A stretch of DNA of 55,572 nucleotides, counting the filler, from Asterionella formosa (Eukaryota), in assembly GCA_002256025.1 (NCBI GenBank). It is 5 parts of 5 records of this genome, joined end to end, with 100 filler letters (N's around TTAATTAATTAA, not from the genome) between each part and the next. Parts side by side here need not be neighbours in the genome. Positions count along the whole stretch, not along the records: positions 1 to 11,045 come from NKIB01008874.1; positions 11,146 to 22,178 come from NKIB01008875.1; 3 more parts are not named here. One strand, 5' to 3'. Numbering within the stretch: position 1 is the stretch's first letter; each line of letters begins with the position of its first letter. A program made the translations under genes and the position numbers. Below are positions 1-11,147 of the stretch, piece after piece. A model generated the notes under the pieces. It was not told where the DNA came from. It saw only the letters and a program-made list of their open reading frames with translations, and did not search any database.

Positions 1-1465
1 GCTAAATAACGATGCAGGTCTACATTGGGTTGAGCTTTTTTTCTTCTTCTTTCGGTCTTCGATTGTATGGTGATGGAAAGTCAATGTTGCCTGTGTAAGT
101 ACTACAGTGATTCACAATGCATACATCTCCATTGGAACTCTTATTTTTTTATTTCATTTCTAACCCAAATTTTTTTCTCTATTTCTCATTTGATGGTACT
201 TATTACATCGAATTTCATACTTTGGTCGCTCCAAACATCATTTTCAATTTTCATTGATGTTGCATGTTACAATCATTCTCGTGTGTTTTACGCTTGTTGT
301 ACCATCTCTATGCATATTACCGTTGTTCTGGTTGTCATGCTAAAATCGGCAATTTTATTGCCGAAAAATTCGATGTGCACCATATTGCCCTTAAATGGAA
401 TTACTTAAGAAATTACCTAGAGCCTAAAAATTACTTAGAAGTACCCGAATGGCAAGACAATAGCTGGAGTGGGAATTGCTGTGCCACCAGTTGTTCTTGA
501 GATAATGGGATCATTACGGAATGCTCTGAATGTCACAACTTCAGGTGATTAAAAATCTTCTGGACAATCTTCTAGCTTTGCATCCTCGATTCCAGAAGCA
601 TCCCTGTTCTCTTTTCTTCATATGGTTTCTGGTTTCAGCAATTGACTTGTTCTTGATAAACACCCAAACATGTGGAAGGACCCTTTTTATTGAAGCTTCA
701 TCAGAATCTAGTGTTTCACCACTCATCAACTTATATTGTTGTTGCCACTGATTGAAAAACTGAGACTTCAGGTCCCTGAATACAGCCCAAATAGTTGGTA
801 ATTCTTGCGGCATCATCAAAGTGGGGAAGTTCGCATAAAGCAAAGATTGGCAAACCACTGCCTCCATGGACTCTCTGATATTCAATCCAGATTCTTCTTC
901 ATTTGATTCCTACTGTACATTAGCGTACCAGTCCAGCTAGGAAGTCCAAGTACATAGTCCATGATATAAAGTCAACTTAAATTTGATCTAATGTATGTAG
1001 AATTGCTTTACTTAGATTTCCTTTATTATTATTAAATGTATGTGTCTGTAGTAGTAGACTACCTGGACTCTAGCATCGATCACAGGATTACAGTACTGGT
1101 ACCGGTATCCCCGATGCATGCAGCTTGCTTTCCGTCGAAAAAAAAAAACTAATGCAAGAGGTAATCAATGCTCGAAGTAGCGATACTGAGGGTCGTCAGT
1201 TACAGGTTGCATTACATACTTAATTAATCGCCGACAGACACTCGACTCGATACAAGGAACGCTTATGGTGCCCATCCACCGCGACATTCATAATTTCCTT
1301 GTATTCGATTGTATACTCAACATTCGAACAGCGAAAACACAGCAACATAACACACGCATATTAGAGCCTCTAGAGTTTTCAACACTTCACGAAGCGAGTG
1401 AAACAATAGCTTTCGATACTCTCAACATACAGCAGTATAGAAGATATCGTTGAAGGGCAGATAAA

Positions 1466-3496
1466 ATGAGTCACTTTAGGACCAGTAGTGCAACATTGCC
1501 AATGACAACTGGCAGGGCACCGAAGAAACGGAAACTGCTGTCCTGCTTCAACATTGTGCTTGCTTTAGTTTTTCTTCAAGTCTTTACATTGCTCGCATTG
1601 GGATTCTTTTCAAATAATCTATCGTTTGAGGTCAATTGGCAATCGCCTCTGAACTATCTTGACTTTTTTCAGGTTAACGAACTCAACGACGACTTACGTG
1701 AAATGGAAGATCTGGAAGCTGAAAAAGCAGAGGCTGGATTGGTAGCAGGACAAGAAGGAGTTGTCGTAGATGGAGAACGAGGAGAAACACAGGAAGAGGA
1801 GGGAAAAGCGAGGGCAATTGATAACTATTATTCTCGCACGCATATAACTAGAGACAGCATTGGAATGAAGGTACCTCTGGTGGTCGGAGGATCTGATGGT
1901 AGTGGAACACGGGCATTTGTGGATATACTGGGTCATTTAGGTGTTCCAATGCTTGTGGATGATTCTGGAACCATGGACGTACATGGTAAAGCACTTTTTG
2001 GAGGCAGAGGCTGGCCTCCTTTGGCCACTGCCATACTCCAAGAAACTAGGTCCAGCAACTACAACTTTGAGGATTTGCCCAAAAATCTTCAAGATTTAAC
2101 TTTACGAGAAATCAAAAAGTTGCACCAGGGTTTCATTAATCGTGGGGAAACCCTTCTTGAGAGAGTTCGTGTACAAAATATTAGTGGAACTTCAAATTTG
2201 ATCACATATGGCTTCAAGGCTCCTGTGACAATGCTGTTAGTTCCCGTTCTACAACAAGTCATGGGTCCTTTGAAATTTTTACATATTGTTAGAGATGGTA
2301 GAGATGTGGCCATGTCCCAGAATCAGTCACCAGTCAAGAAATTTTTCAACGATTCTTATTCCGATGCGCAGTTGCGTATCAAGAAATACACTGGCGACTT
2401 CACGCCTGTGTTGGGGATGCAACTATGGAACGATTGGAATACCGGGTTGCTAGAGTACGAGCAAAAGCATGCTGATGGAAAATCATTCGACTTTTTGGTC
2501 ATGAGAACAGAAGATTTGTTGAACCCTGAAAAGAAGTTCAAGTCTTTGATCCAATTGGCTGACTTTGTTGGTTCCCAGAAAACCATGAAAGAATTATGTT
2601 GCATGTCTAGAAAAGCTGTTGTAGACATGGGTGTATCAGGAAGTGCAGGTAGTGGAAGCCGATTGAAAGATCTATTAATGTCCAGGGGAAAGATGGATAG
2701 CTTGTTCCGAAAACGCTTCGAGGACGAGACCTTGGCCCTTCGGGAGAAAATAGACGGGCTAAGGCAAGGGATGCATGCTTCAAGGAATGCTTCTCCACTA
2801 ATAGATATGGAAAGTGAAACCCAAAAGGAAAAACTAGAAGTGATTGAAGGGATCATGGAAAAGAAAAGGGAGGGAAAAATCAGAAATCAATCTGATGCTA
2901 ATGAGCGTCAAGAAAAAATCGTCAATATTGGTAATCGCATCGCTGAACGGCTATCAGCTCGCCGGAAGGCCACGTATACTAGTGTGGTGACAAACAACGA
3001 AAATGTTCTCAATACTTCGAAAAGCAACAGCATGCTTCATGGTGGAACACAGGTAAGTACAGAAACGAAGGAAACCTTTTGGCACAGAAGGCTTCAACTA
3101 GGTTTGCATTTGGAGAAACGTCCACAACATGAAGTCCGCGAAATGATCAGGGGTCGAATACTTGACTCAAAGAAACAGGAGCAGTTTACTCAACTGCTGA
3201 CTGAGATTCACAAAGCCAAAGAAGTTGGTGACTCGAAAAGGGTGGAATTACTGGCATCGCAATTGCACAAGATGCGGGCTCCTGAGCCAGAAATTAAGGA
3301 AATCGCAAAACTCGGTGTTACGAAAAGGTATGGAAAGTGGGTAGAATTGCTAAAGGAAAAACCTGCTCTATCGCTGAAATTACACAATGAAGGAGCAAAA
3401 GGGTTGTCAGCTTTTGGATATGAACCTGCAAAAAGGTTCCAAGATCCAGGAGAAGAGTCCGATTATCTCTGTGATGACACAATCCGGTGTTGGTGA
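1466..3496 (+). CDS. Type II membrane sulfotransferase-family protein with a long charged insertion
   Basis: 676-aa intronless ORF. N-terminal TM helix (FNIVLALVFLQVFTLLALGFF), 5'-PAPS-binding-like motif VVGGSDGSGTRAF, 3'-PAPS-binding-like motif HIVRDGRDVAMS, RTEDL and C-terminal KRYGKW. Confidence 0.75.
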   Translation: MSHFRTSSATLPMTTGRAPKKRKLLSCFNIVLALVFLQVFTLLALGFFSNNLSFEVNWQSPLNYLDFFQVNELNDDLREMEDLEAEKAEAGLVAGQEGVVVDGERGETQEEEGKARAIDNYYSRTHITRDSIGMKVPLVVGGSDGSGTRAFVDILGHLGVPMLVDDSGTMDVHGKALFGGRGWPPLATAILQETRSSNYNFEDLPKNLQDLTLREIKKLHQGFINRGETLLERVRVQNISGTSNLITYGFKAPVTMLLVPVLQQVMGPLKFLHIVRDGRDVAMSQNQSPVKKFFNDSYSDAQLRIKKYTGDFTPVLGMQLWNDWNTGLLEYEQKHADGKSFDFLVMRTEDLLNPEKKFKSLIQLADFVGSQKTMKELCCMSRKAVVDMGVSGSAGSGSRLKDLLMSRGKMDSLFRKRFEDETLALREKIDGLRQGMHASRNASPLIDMESETQKEKLEVIEGIMEKKREGKIRNQSDANERQEKIVNIGNRIAERLSARRKATYTSVVTNNENVLNTSKSNSMLHGGTQVSTETKETFWHRRLQLGLHLEKRPQHEVREMIRGRILDSKKQEQFTQLLTEIHKAKEVGDSKRVELLASQLHKMRAPEPEIKEIAKLGVTKRYGKWVELLKEKPALSLKLHNEGAKGLSAFGYEPAKRFQDPGEESDYLCDDTIRCW

Positions 3497-3822
3497 TGCA
3501 TAAGCATGTGCCTCAATGGGTCCTATAGTTCAGTAGTGGAAGGGAAATGAAGCAGTCAGAATAGCCTTTGTATATAAAAATGGTATGTCACCCACATTGT
3601 TGGAAATTTTAATACAGTAGGGCCTCTATCATGAAAGAGCGGCATGGTTAACTGCTGGTTTAAAGCCAAGGTTCATATGTGTAGATTCTACACAGCTCCA
3701 ATATGTTTGGCAATATTCAACCATTTCTTTTGTATATACCGTGTACACTTGTATCCAAAATTTATACATTTATCCAGAAGAAGTCAAGGTTAAGCCAATA
3801 ATAATATCCATAGGTTGACTTG

Positions 3823-4854
3823 TGTCAAGATTTAGTACTCAGCATCTGGAGAATCCAGGAGAGGCTCATTGGAAGGCGGTTGAACGTCTGTTGGTATTCT
3901 TATATGCAGACAAGAAACATTGGCAATTGAAGATGCAAACCCCTAAAGAAATGCGCCCAATGGATGTTGTTGACAGTGCATTTGCAATTAACCTGATACT
4001 CCCAAAAGTACAAGTGCATATCTCAGAACTATTGGAGGACGCTCCTTGGTGACTTGGTCATCCAAAGGACAGAACATTGTAACAACATCAAGCATGGAAG
4101 CTGAGTATGTCAGCCTAAGCGATGGTGTCAAGGATACTACATTTGTTACAAATCTATTGGATGAGGTCTACTATGTGGAACTGCCAGCAATAATCGCTGA
4201 GGATAATACTAGAGCGATTTTCCTAAGCAAAAACCAACAAGTTGGATCAAGGACAAAGCATATTGATGTCAGTTATCATTTTATACGTGAGAAGACTGAA
4301 GATGGATATGTTGTTGTGGTCTATGTAAAAACATGATGTGAAAACCCTAGTGACCTGCTGTCAAAGAATGTAACTCAGAAGGTGCATGAATCGCATGCAT
4401 ATGATATTTGCAATGGGACAATGGATTGTTGGAACTGGAACAGGGAGGATGTCAAGATTTAGTACTGTGTGCATATTAGTTCTGTCGAACTAATCAATCT
4501 TGAATAATATTCCAGCCAAAATCCCAAATTGAAATGCTGTGAGAATTTGAACAGCATTGATTGCCAAGAACTTTATCAGCAAGCCAAGGTAAATATTCGA
4601 ATGGAGAATGTTCTAAGTAATCAATATTTCAATGAAGGAAAGGTATATATGCAATGCAGATAGCATTGAATATTCACGATTGAATATCTATATACAAATT
4701 TGGGAAGAGAACCTTAATAATTGGTCATGTGAACGATTACGAGATAAATCAAATAAGCTTACAATAAGGTGGGATTAGAACAGAAGGTTTTTTAATACCC
4801 TGAGCTTGTCTAGAAAGAGCTAGCATTGCAGTCAGACTGCAGAAGAATTTAACA
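3823..4854 (+). mobile_element. Internally deleted Ty1/copia LTR retrotransposon: 17 bp of 5' LTR, RT end/RNase H, PPT, complete 3' LTR 4450-4854
   Basis: RNase H motifs TTSSMEAEY, EDN and RTKHIDVSYHFIRE. Purine tract GGAACAGGGAGGA directly before TGTCAAGATTTAGTACT at 4450; the same 17-mer starts at 3823. Ends TTAACA at 4854. Flanked by GACTTG at 3817-3822 and 4855-4860. Confidence 0.85.
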
Positions 4855-4904
4855 GACTTGGAGCATCCTTTTCTCTGCATCCACTATGCTCGCATTTTGG
4901 CAAT

Positions 4905-5040
4905 ACTATTTGCGCCAATTGCGCCTCAGTTTCCCAGCCCTGGTGGCTGGGATTGCCGAGATTGGCAGGAGGGTCTACTTAAGGAAAGCATTTTACATAC
5001 TCTATAGATTTGATTATAAGATATCTAGAATTCACCAAGC
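4905..5040. repeat. Fragment of a dispersed non-coding repeat family
   Basis: cgccaatt...cagccctgg...gggattgccga...gggtctacttaaggaaa...tagaattcacc matches the reverse complement of about 45080-45205. Confidence 0.7.
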
Positions 5041-5559
5041 TGTTGTAATCTACATCGATTTTCTTTCTTTCTTGTCAGTGTCAGCTTTGTTCAAGAACCT
5101 TTTAAAAGCAATGTATCCACTACAACTGTGAAAGAATACACTTACCATCATTGAGCAGATTCTTTGAACTCTTGTCGAAAATCCAATGTTGGGCTCACTT
5201 GCAATTATGGATCAGGATCCGAAGAATGGAAACCAGCCAATCCGTCGATTCTATCTACTATGTCATGGCTTACGACATAACTCCACCAAGGATAACTCCA
5301 CCAAGGACATCATTAACACTGCAACCAAATATTTAAAAAAAATCACTTGTTATCCTTGAAACTTCATCTGACGAAGCCATCGCATCTTCAATGTACCCAC
5401 CGGCCGAACAACGCCCAAACCAAGCTGAAAGATCTCTTCCGATACTTCTTCCATCAAGGCATACCGTACTTTCTGTCAAAGGATTTCAATGGCGAGGGTG
5501 AAATTCAAGCATTTTTAAAAATATGGTAATTGCTGCCAAGCACCATCCATAGAAGTACA

Positions 5560-5810
5560 CAAATGGCACAATGATACTAGCTAGAGCGGGAATTGCTGAA
5601 GGCAAGACACACCCAAAATGGTCTCTTGCCTGCGAGTACACATGTATACAAGAAGGCAAGTAGCCACCAAGAAGGGTATTGTTGAGGTAATTCACAAACT
5701 AGCTATTGTTGCGCCAGTTGCTTAGTACCTACTGCCCTCAAATAAAGCATAAATGACATTTTTAGTTTACTATAGCCCATCATATAAAATATATTTCATA
5801 TCTTCACATA
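5560..5810. repeat. Dispersed inverted-repeat (MITE-like) family, copy 1
   Basis: Core cgagtacacatgtatac.agaaggcaagtagcc.cc.agaagggtattgttgagg between TAGCTAG...AATTGC and G(C/T)AATT...CTAGCTA arms. Also found at 10890-11045 and reverse-complemented at 45310-45640. Confidence 0.75.
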
Positions 5811-6136
5811 AAATCTTGCCGAAGGTCCAATATTTCCCATCATTAGAATGAATCATTAACGCCAACAACATGACATTCAATGTACTACCATGTTCCAATG
5901 CCACACCACACCCAACACAATTGACAAGGCAGGTTGATTGTCATCGGCCATTGATTGTCATTGTTGGTTCATACCTTTTTATTTCCGTTTCATGCTTTGG
6001 TTGCTTAAAAACATCATCTCGAATTTTTCGATGCTTGTTACAATCATTCTTGTGTGACTATTTTTCATGCATATTTGGGGCCCCATCCATTTTTGATTTG
6101 GCTGCTTTCGCTCCTGATGTTGCTCGATGGTCCCTG

Positions 6137-6393
6137 TGTTGAAACTACAGTATTTGCATCCCCCAACTGTGCCGATAAGACAACAGGACGAGGGGAATGT
6201 TCACACAGAGTGGTTGAATTGATTGTAAACCAGATAATTAATTAAGGTGAGTATTCGATGTGGCAATCGAAGTGATGATCAGTTCTGTGTTGATGTGGCG
6301 CCCTAGCTAAGTGGCGTTTTTTCTTACTAAATTTGTGTTGGACCGTAGCCCATCTATTATCATGTACCATTGTTGTATGTTGGTTTCTTGACA
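6137..6393 (-). repeat. 3' LTR (257 bp)
   Basis: Direct repeat of 10376-10631, roughly 10% diverged by eye. Confidence 0.93.
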
Positions 6394-9300
6394 CAATCCT
6401 GTGATCCAATGAGCTGTCAGTCAAGAATGGATCAATGTTCAGGATTTGATCCCGAAACTTCTTGAATAATGACCCCTGGAGGGACTTTGTAAAAGAATCA
6501 GCCATCATATCGCCAGTTGGGCAACAATATGTGACTGACACCTCCTTGGAGGCAATATGTTCGGTAACAAAGAAGTACCGAATGTTAATATGGCGAGTCC
6601 GTTTACTGCTGGAGGAATGCCCATTATTTTCCAACAGCATGGCACTCTGGTTGTCCTGGTAGATAAGTGAGTCTGTAATATCATATCCCAGTGCTTGTTC
6701 GAGGAAATAGCGAGTCCAAAGACGACATGACATCATTGACACCCACCAAATCCCCTTCAGTGGAAATCCTTGTATTAATTTTCTGGCGAGTGGACATGGC
6801 ATATATCATTCCTTTCCAAGGGTCATTGCACCACCAGTGTGGCTTTTCATGTTGGAATGAACAGCAAATGATGCATCAATCCACCATTTGATAATCTGCA
6901 TGTTATCTGCTTCAAGGGTGAGGGGCATATGAATAGTGCTCCTGAGATATTTCATTACGCGGGCAAGCTTTTTATAGTCATCTGTATCTGGTCCCTTCAC
7001 TCGGGTACAGAGAAAAGCTACGGCGGTTTGTATTTCGGGACAAGCCCGTTTGTTTAGGAACAGAAGCTTGGCAACATTGTGATGAAACATGTCAGCCTGT
7101 TCCTTGTCAAGTAGAGTGGAACCAGTTCCATTAGTTTCAAAAAGTTGTCCTGCAGCTGGAGTGGCGGCCTCTCCATTCATCTCATCTGGAAGTTTTCCCA
7201 GCATCATTTTAGTTCCTTTGCATCTATGATGCTTGGCAACATTACTGATTCAATTGCCACTGTGGCTGGGTGAGCTGGATTCTTCCTTGGAGGTGTAATC
7301 TTGCTGTTTTCTTCCATCTGCACATCCTCTGCCCTTAATTGTGCCATTACGCTTTTTCGTTTCCATATTCATTGTTGTTTTCTTGTTCAGTCTGTTCTTC
7401 ATCAGGTTCATTTTCATATTCATTATTGTCATTGTCATATACTCCTGCAATGAGAGCGTTGGAGTCATTGACATTGGTATTATCGTCATATCCATGGTCA
7501 ATGTCATGATCATTGTTGGGGTTGTCATCATACTCATACTCATCATCATCATATCCATCATCAGAGTGATTTGGGTTATAGGATTCATCATTGCTGTCAT
7601 CATCGTCTGTGTGGACTAGCGGATTACCATCTCAATCAATAAATTCAAGAGGTGTGCCCATGCTATTGCCACCATTGCGGCAGGCAACGGCATGTACCCG
7701 ATCAATGACCTCATGTGGCATACTAGGTAGTTCCATCCAATGGTTTCTATTAAGAACACGACCAGTAGTGAGGTTGAGGAAATAGTATCCGCCTTGCTCG
7801 TTGCCTGGTGTGGGATGAAGGGCAATCGCTCCAGTGGTTGTTCGGGTGGCCATCGAGTTATCGTGTTCCTCATGGGTTTGCACGCACATATGCCCCAAAT
7901 TCAAGCTTGCAGTGCCTGGAATAGTTGATATGAGTTCCGACTATCATGGCTCGAGGACTAATGGTAGTGGATACTCCATCAATTGGTGGAAAGCTTTTAA
8001 GCCGAAAATTGCTGTAATATACCATTTCAATGGTATTTCGTGCTGGCATGCGTTTAAATGGGAGAGTGTTGTATACACATCGGGCATGGTCCTTAACCAT
8101 ACGGATGTGTCTTTCAATTTCTGGCACATGCTCTCCGTTTGACACAGTGTTGAATGTAATATTCATATCTGCGAGATCACCACGGAGCGATTCAAATTGG
8201 CCATCCAGTAAAGTACAAATATTGAGAATCCCCTTTTTATACAGCTGCTCTTTAGCTACATGCTTAATTGCAGCAAGGATTGCTTTATTTTGCTGCTTTT
8301 TCATCATCTCCGTAGTTCCGAATTTGATGTATTGGGATACTGTCATTAAAAATGCTATCTTGTTGACAAACATGATGTCTCCAGCAAGGACGATGCTATG
8401 GTATCGACTCATTATTTCTGCTGGGAAATTGACAGTGTAGGCCTCTACTCGGCCGTGTGGCTGCCCAGTGGACGGTTTTTCTTTTAAGGGATCCCACATC
8501 TGGCCCAAAAATGTTTTCTGCCGCAGCAATGTTGCTTCGATTGATTGGACAGTTGGTTAGTAGGTTGTTGTCAACAATTTTCATGAAGATGCGTGTCCTT
8601 GGTTGTCCTATCATTCTTTGGATTTTACGAGCTAGAATAGCACGGGAGTACTCATGGTTTGTGTAGCTAGACCGATTATCTCCTACTGTGTTGATTAGAG
8701 CAATGGCTTGTGCGCTGGCACTGGTTTCAATGAAGTACAGCCCTCGCTCAGATTCCTTAAATATTCTTGAACTCCCATCTGATTTGTGAACAATCAACTC
8801 ATTCCCGTTTGTGCTGTCATATGTGACTCTGTATCCCTTTTCCTTCACTCGGGATAAGGAGAGAATGTTTGCAATGCCATTGGGATGATACCACACTGTA
8901 CCATATCCAGGCAGATCGCCAACCATGTTGGTCCTAGTGACTCCAGCATTGCAATGTATATCCATGTGGGTGTCACCCTCACGTATGTTCCTTAGCAACC
9001 CAGCATTGTGAAACACATCCACAGTTGACTGGTTATCAAGAAGTGTTGGGAATACGCCCACCATCTGTGTCAATTTTTATTGCAATTCCGGTATGATGAT
9101 GCTGAAGGAATTGGAAATGTTGTTTGCCATCAAACTCTCCACCCTCCATACCGCCCATGAGCATTGTTGCTCCTGACTGGCGTTCCTCAGTGCACTCATT
9201 TGCATAATGCCCTTGTTTGCCGCACTTGTGACATGTTATGCTGACCCTGTCATGTGGCCCATTGCTTTTCTTTGTTTGCCCGTTGTTTGCAAGAGTGACT

Positions 9301-10375
9301 TCAGGATCAGTTGTATTATCATCAACATTTGTAAATGATACACCATCACTGGCAGGCCCCATTTGGCGCACAAGATTCCGTGACTCCTGCTTCCAATTGG
9401 TGAGAAGATGATATGCAGCAGTAACTGTAGTAGGATAATTATTCTGACCTTGCAAAAAGTCATTCTCCAGGTTCTCGATCGCACGACCGGTCAGCACCGA
9501 GGAGTAGGAAAGCAATGGCAACAAGGCACCGCCCCTGGACTTCCCTTTTTAATTCCTCTCTCATAGATGAGGTCATCGTTGACAGATTCTTTCCCCGCTC
9601 TGTGGCAAGGATTTTTCGATTCCTGGATCATTTCCAATAGACCTGCCACTGTGTTGAATCACGTCGACTAAGTTTTGGAACTGTTCTAAGTATGCTTGTG
9701 TTGTTGCAACCCGTCCTTGTGCGCATAGGTAGAATCGCCGCTTTGATTCATGCAGTGAGTGGGGGAGATATTTAATGGCTCTCGAAATTGTTGTATGCCA
9801 TGTCCTTAATGGCCTTCAATAGTGATAGTCCATCAACTGCACTCGACATAGTATCAAATGTATCCAGTGCCTCAATCTTCTGCCGCATGATGTTGGTACC
9901 CTGTCCCCACACCAGTGAATATAGAGTCTTGACATTCTCAGTAAGGTAGCTGCTTCTCTTGACAAACTCATCGACTTGCTTTTCCCAGATCCTTTCTTGA
10001 GTCCTGGTTGTGTTTTCAGGTGGGTCACTTGGTTAAGCCATAACTGGTAACTCCAGATTCTCAACAACCAACCGGATGTCCCCACCATACTTGTATGTCC
10101 TTCCAACGAATTCTCCAATCTCCTTTGTTGTCTTCATGAAGATATCTTACTGTCTGACATCAGAGCAGTCATAGACGTGGACTTTTAGGTTATCACACTT
10201 GCCCTCAAAGTTGGGCTGTCTTGGTATCATGGTCTTGTGGTACCCATACTTATGTTTTTTTGGTCTCCACTGATTCCTTCTTTTCCTTTGGTGGAGTGCT
10301 TGTATTGTCATCCCTGGGGCCATCGTTGTCACTGGTCCCCATTTTGCTGCTGTTACTTCAACCTTTAATTAATTA

Positions 10376-10631
10376 TGTTGAAACTACAGTATTTGCATCC
10401 CCCAACTGTGCCGATAAGACAACAGGATGAGGGGAATGTTCACACAGAGTGGTCGAATTGATTGTAAACCAGATAATTAATTAAAGTGAGCATTCAATGT
10501 GGCAACCGAAGTGCTGATCAGTTCTGTGTTGACGTGGTGGCACCCTACGTAGCGCTTTTTCTTATTTAATTTGTGTTGGACTATAGTCCATCCATCATCA
10601 TCTACCATTGTCGTATGTAGGTTTCCTAGCA
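10376..10631 (-). repeat. 5' LTR (256 bp)
   Basis: Direct repeat of 6137-6393; lies upstream of gag on the minus strand. Confidence 0.93.
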
Positions 10632-10649
10632 CCCTGCTACTCAAACCAA

Positions 10650-11045
10650 AAATTGACTGCCGAAAAATCCAATGTACTTCGCAACAATTATATCAAAGTC
10701 TGTTTGGCCTTTAGTTGAGACCAAAATCTAATGCATTCAAGATTTAAATGCCTTTCTTTTTCCTTCCTCCGAAGATGTTTACAAACAGAAATAACATCAA
10801 ATATGTATATTGCCCCTATATAAGAATTACTAAGAGACACCAAAAATTACTTTGACACCCACAGTTCTCATCGAAAAGCAAGACGATATGTAGCTAGGGT
10901 GGGGATTGCTGAAGGCAATACGAGTGCCATCCCAGTCGAGTACACATGTATACGAGAAGGCAAGTAGCCGCCGAGAAGGGTATTGTTGAGGCAATTCCCG
11001 CTCTAGCTATCGTCGCGTCATTCGCTTACCTACTGCCCACAAATT
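10650..11045. repeat. Dispersed inverted-repeat family, copy 2, truncated by the contig end
   Basis: Same core as 5560-5810. Upstream motifs aaaattgactgccgaaaaat and aaaaattact are also seen near 345-445 and 45890-45995. Confidence 0.7.
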
Positions 11046-11145
11046 NNNNNNNNNNNNNNNNNNNNNNNNNNNNNNNNNNNNNNNNNNNNTTAATTAATTA
11101 ANNNNNNNNNNNNNNNNNNNNNNNNNNNNNNNNNNNNNNNNNNNN
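11046..11145. other. Artificial contig linker (N, TTAATTAATTAA, N)
   Basis: 100-nt spacer with stop codons in all six frames. Confidence 0.98.
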
Positions 11146-11147
11146 CT

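Larger units (their letters stand above)
6137..10631 (-). mobile_element. Degenerate Ty1/copia LTR retrotransposon with both LTRs and a 5-bp TSD; RT core deleted
   Basis: LTRs at 6137-6393 and 10376-10631, both TG...CA. TSD CCCTG at 6132-6136 and 10632-10636. Order on the minus strand: gag with CCHC knuckle (CHKCGKQGHYANEC), protease (LLDNQST), integrase (DIMFV...DGQF...EHVPEIER), RT remnants, RNase H (WWIDASF, QDNQSA, RTRHINIRYFF). Broken by frameshifts and stops. Confidence 0.95.

Noticed and set aside
541..885. 114-aa minus-strand ORF
   Set aside because: No recognisable motif; possibly a decayed TE or gene fragment.
11090..11101. TTAATTAATTAA as a biological periodic motif
   Set aside because: It is a synthetic linker inside N runs. 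The similar motifs in the LTRs and PBS are not next to Ns and were treated separately.
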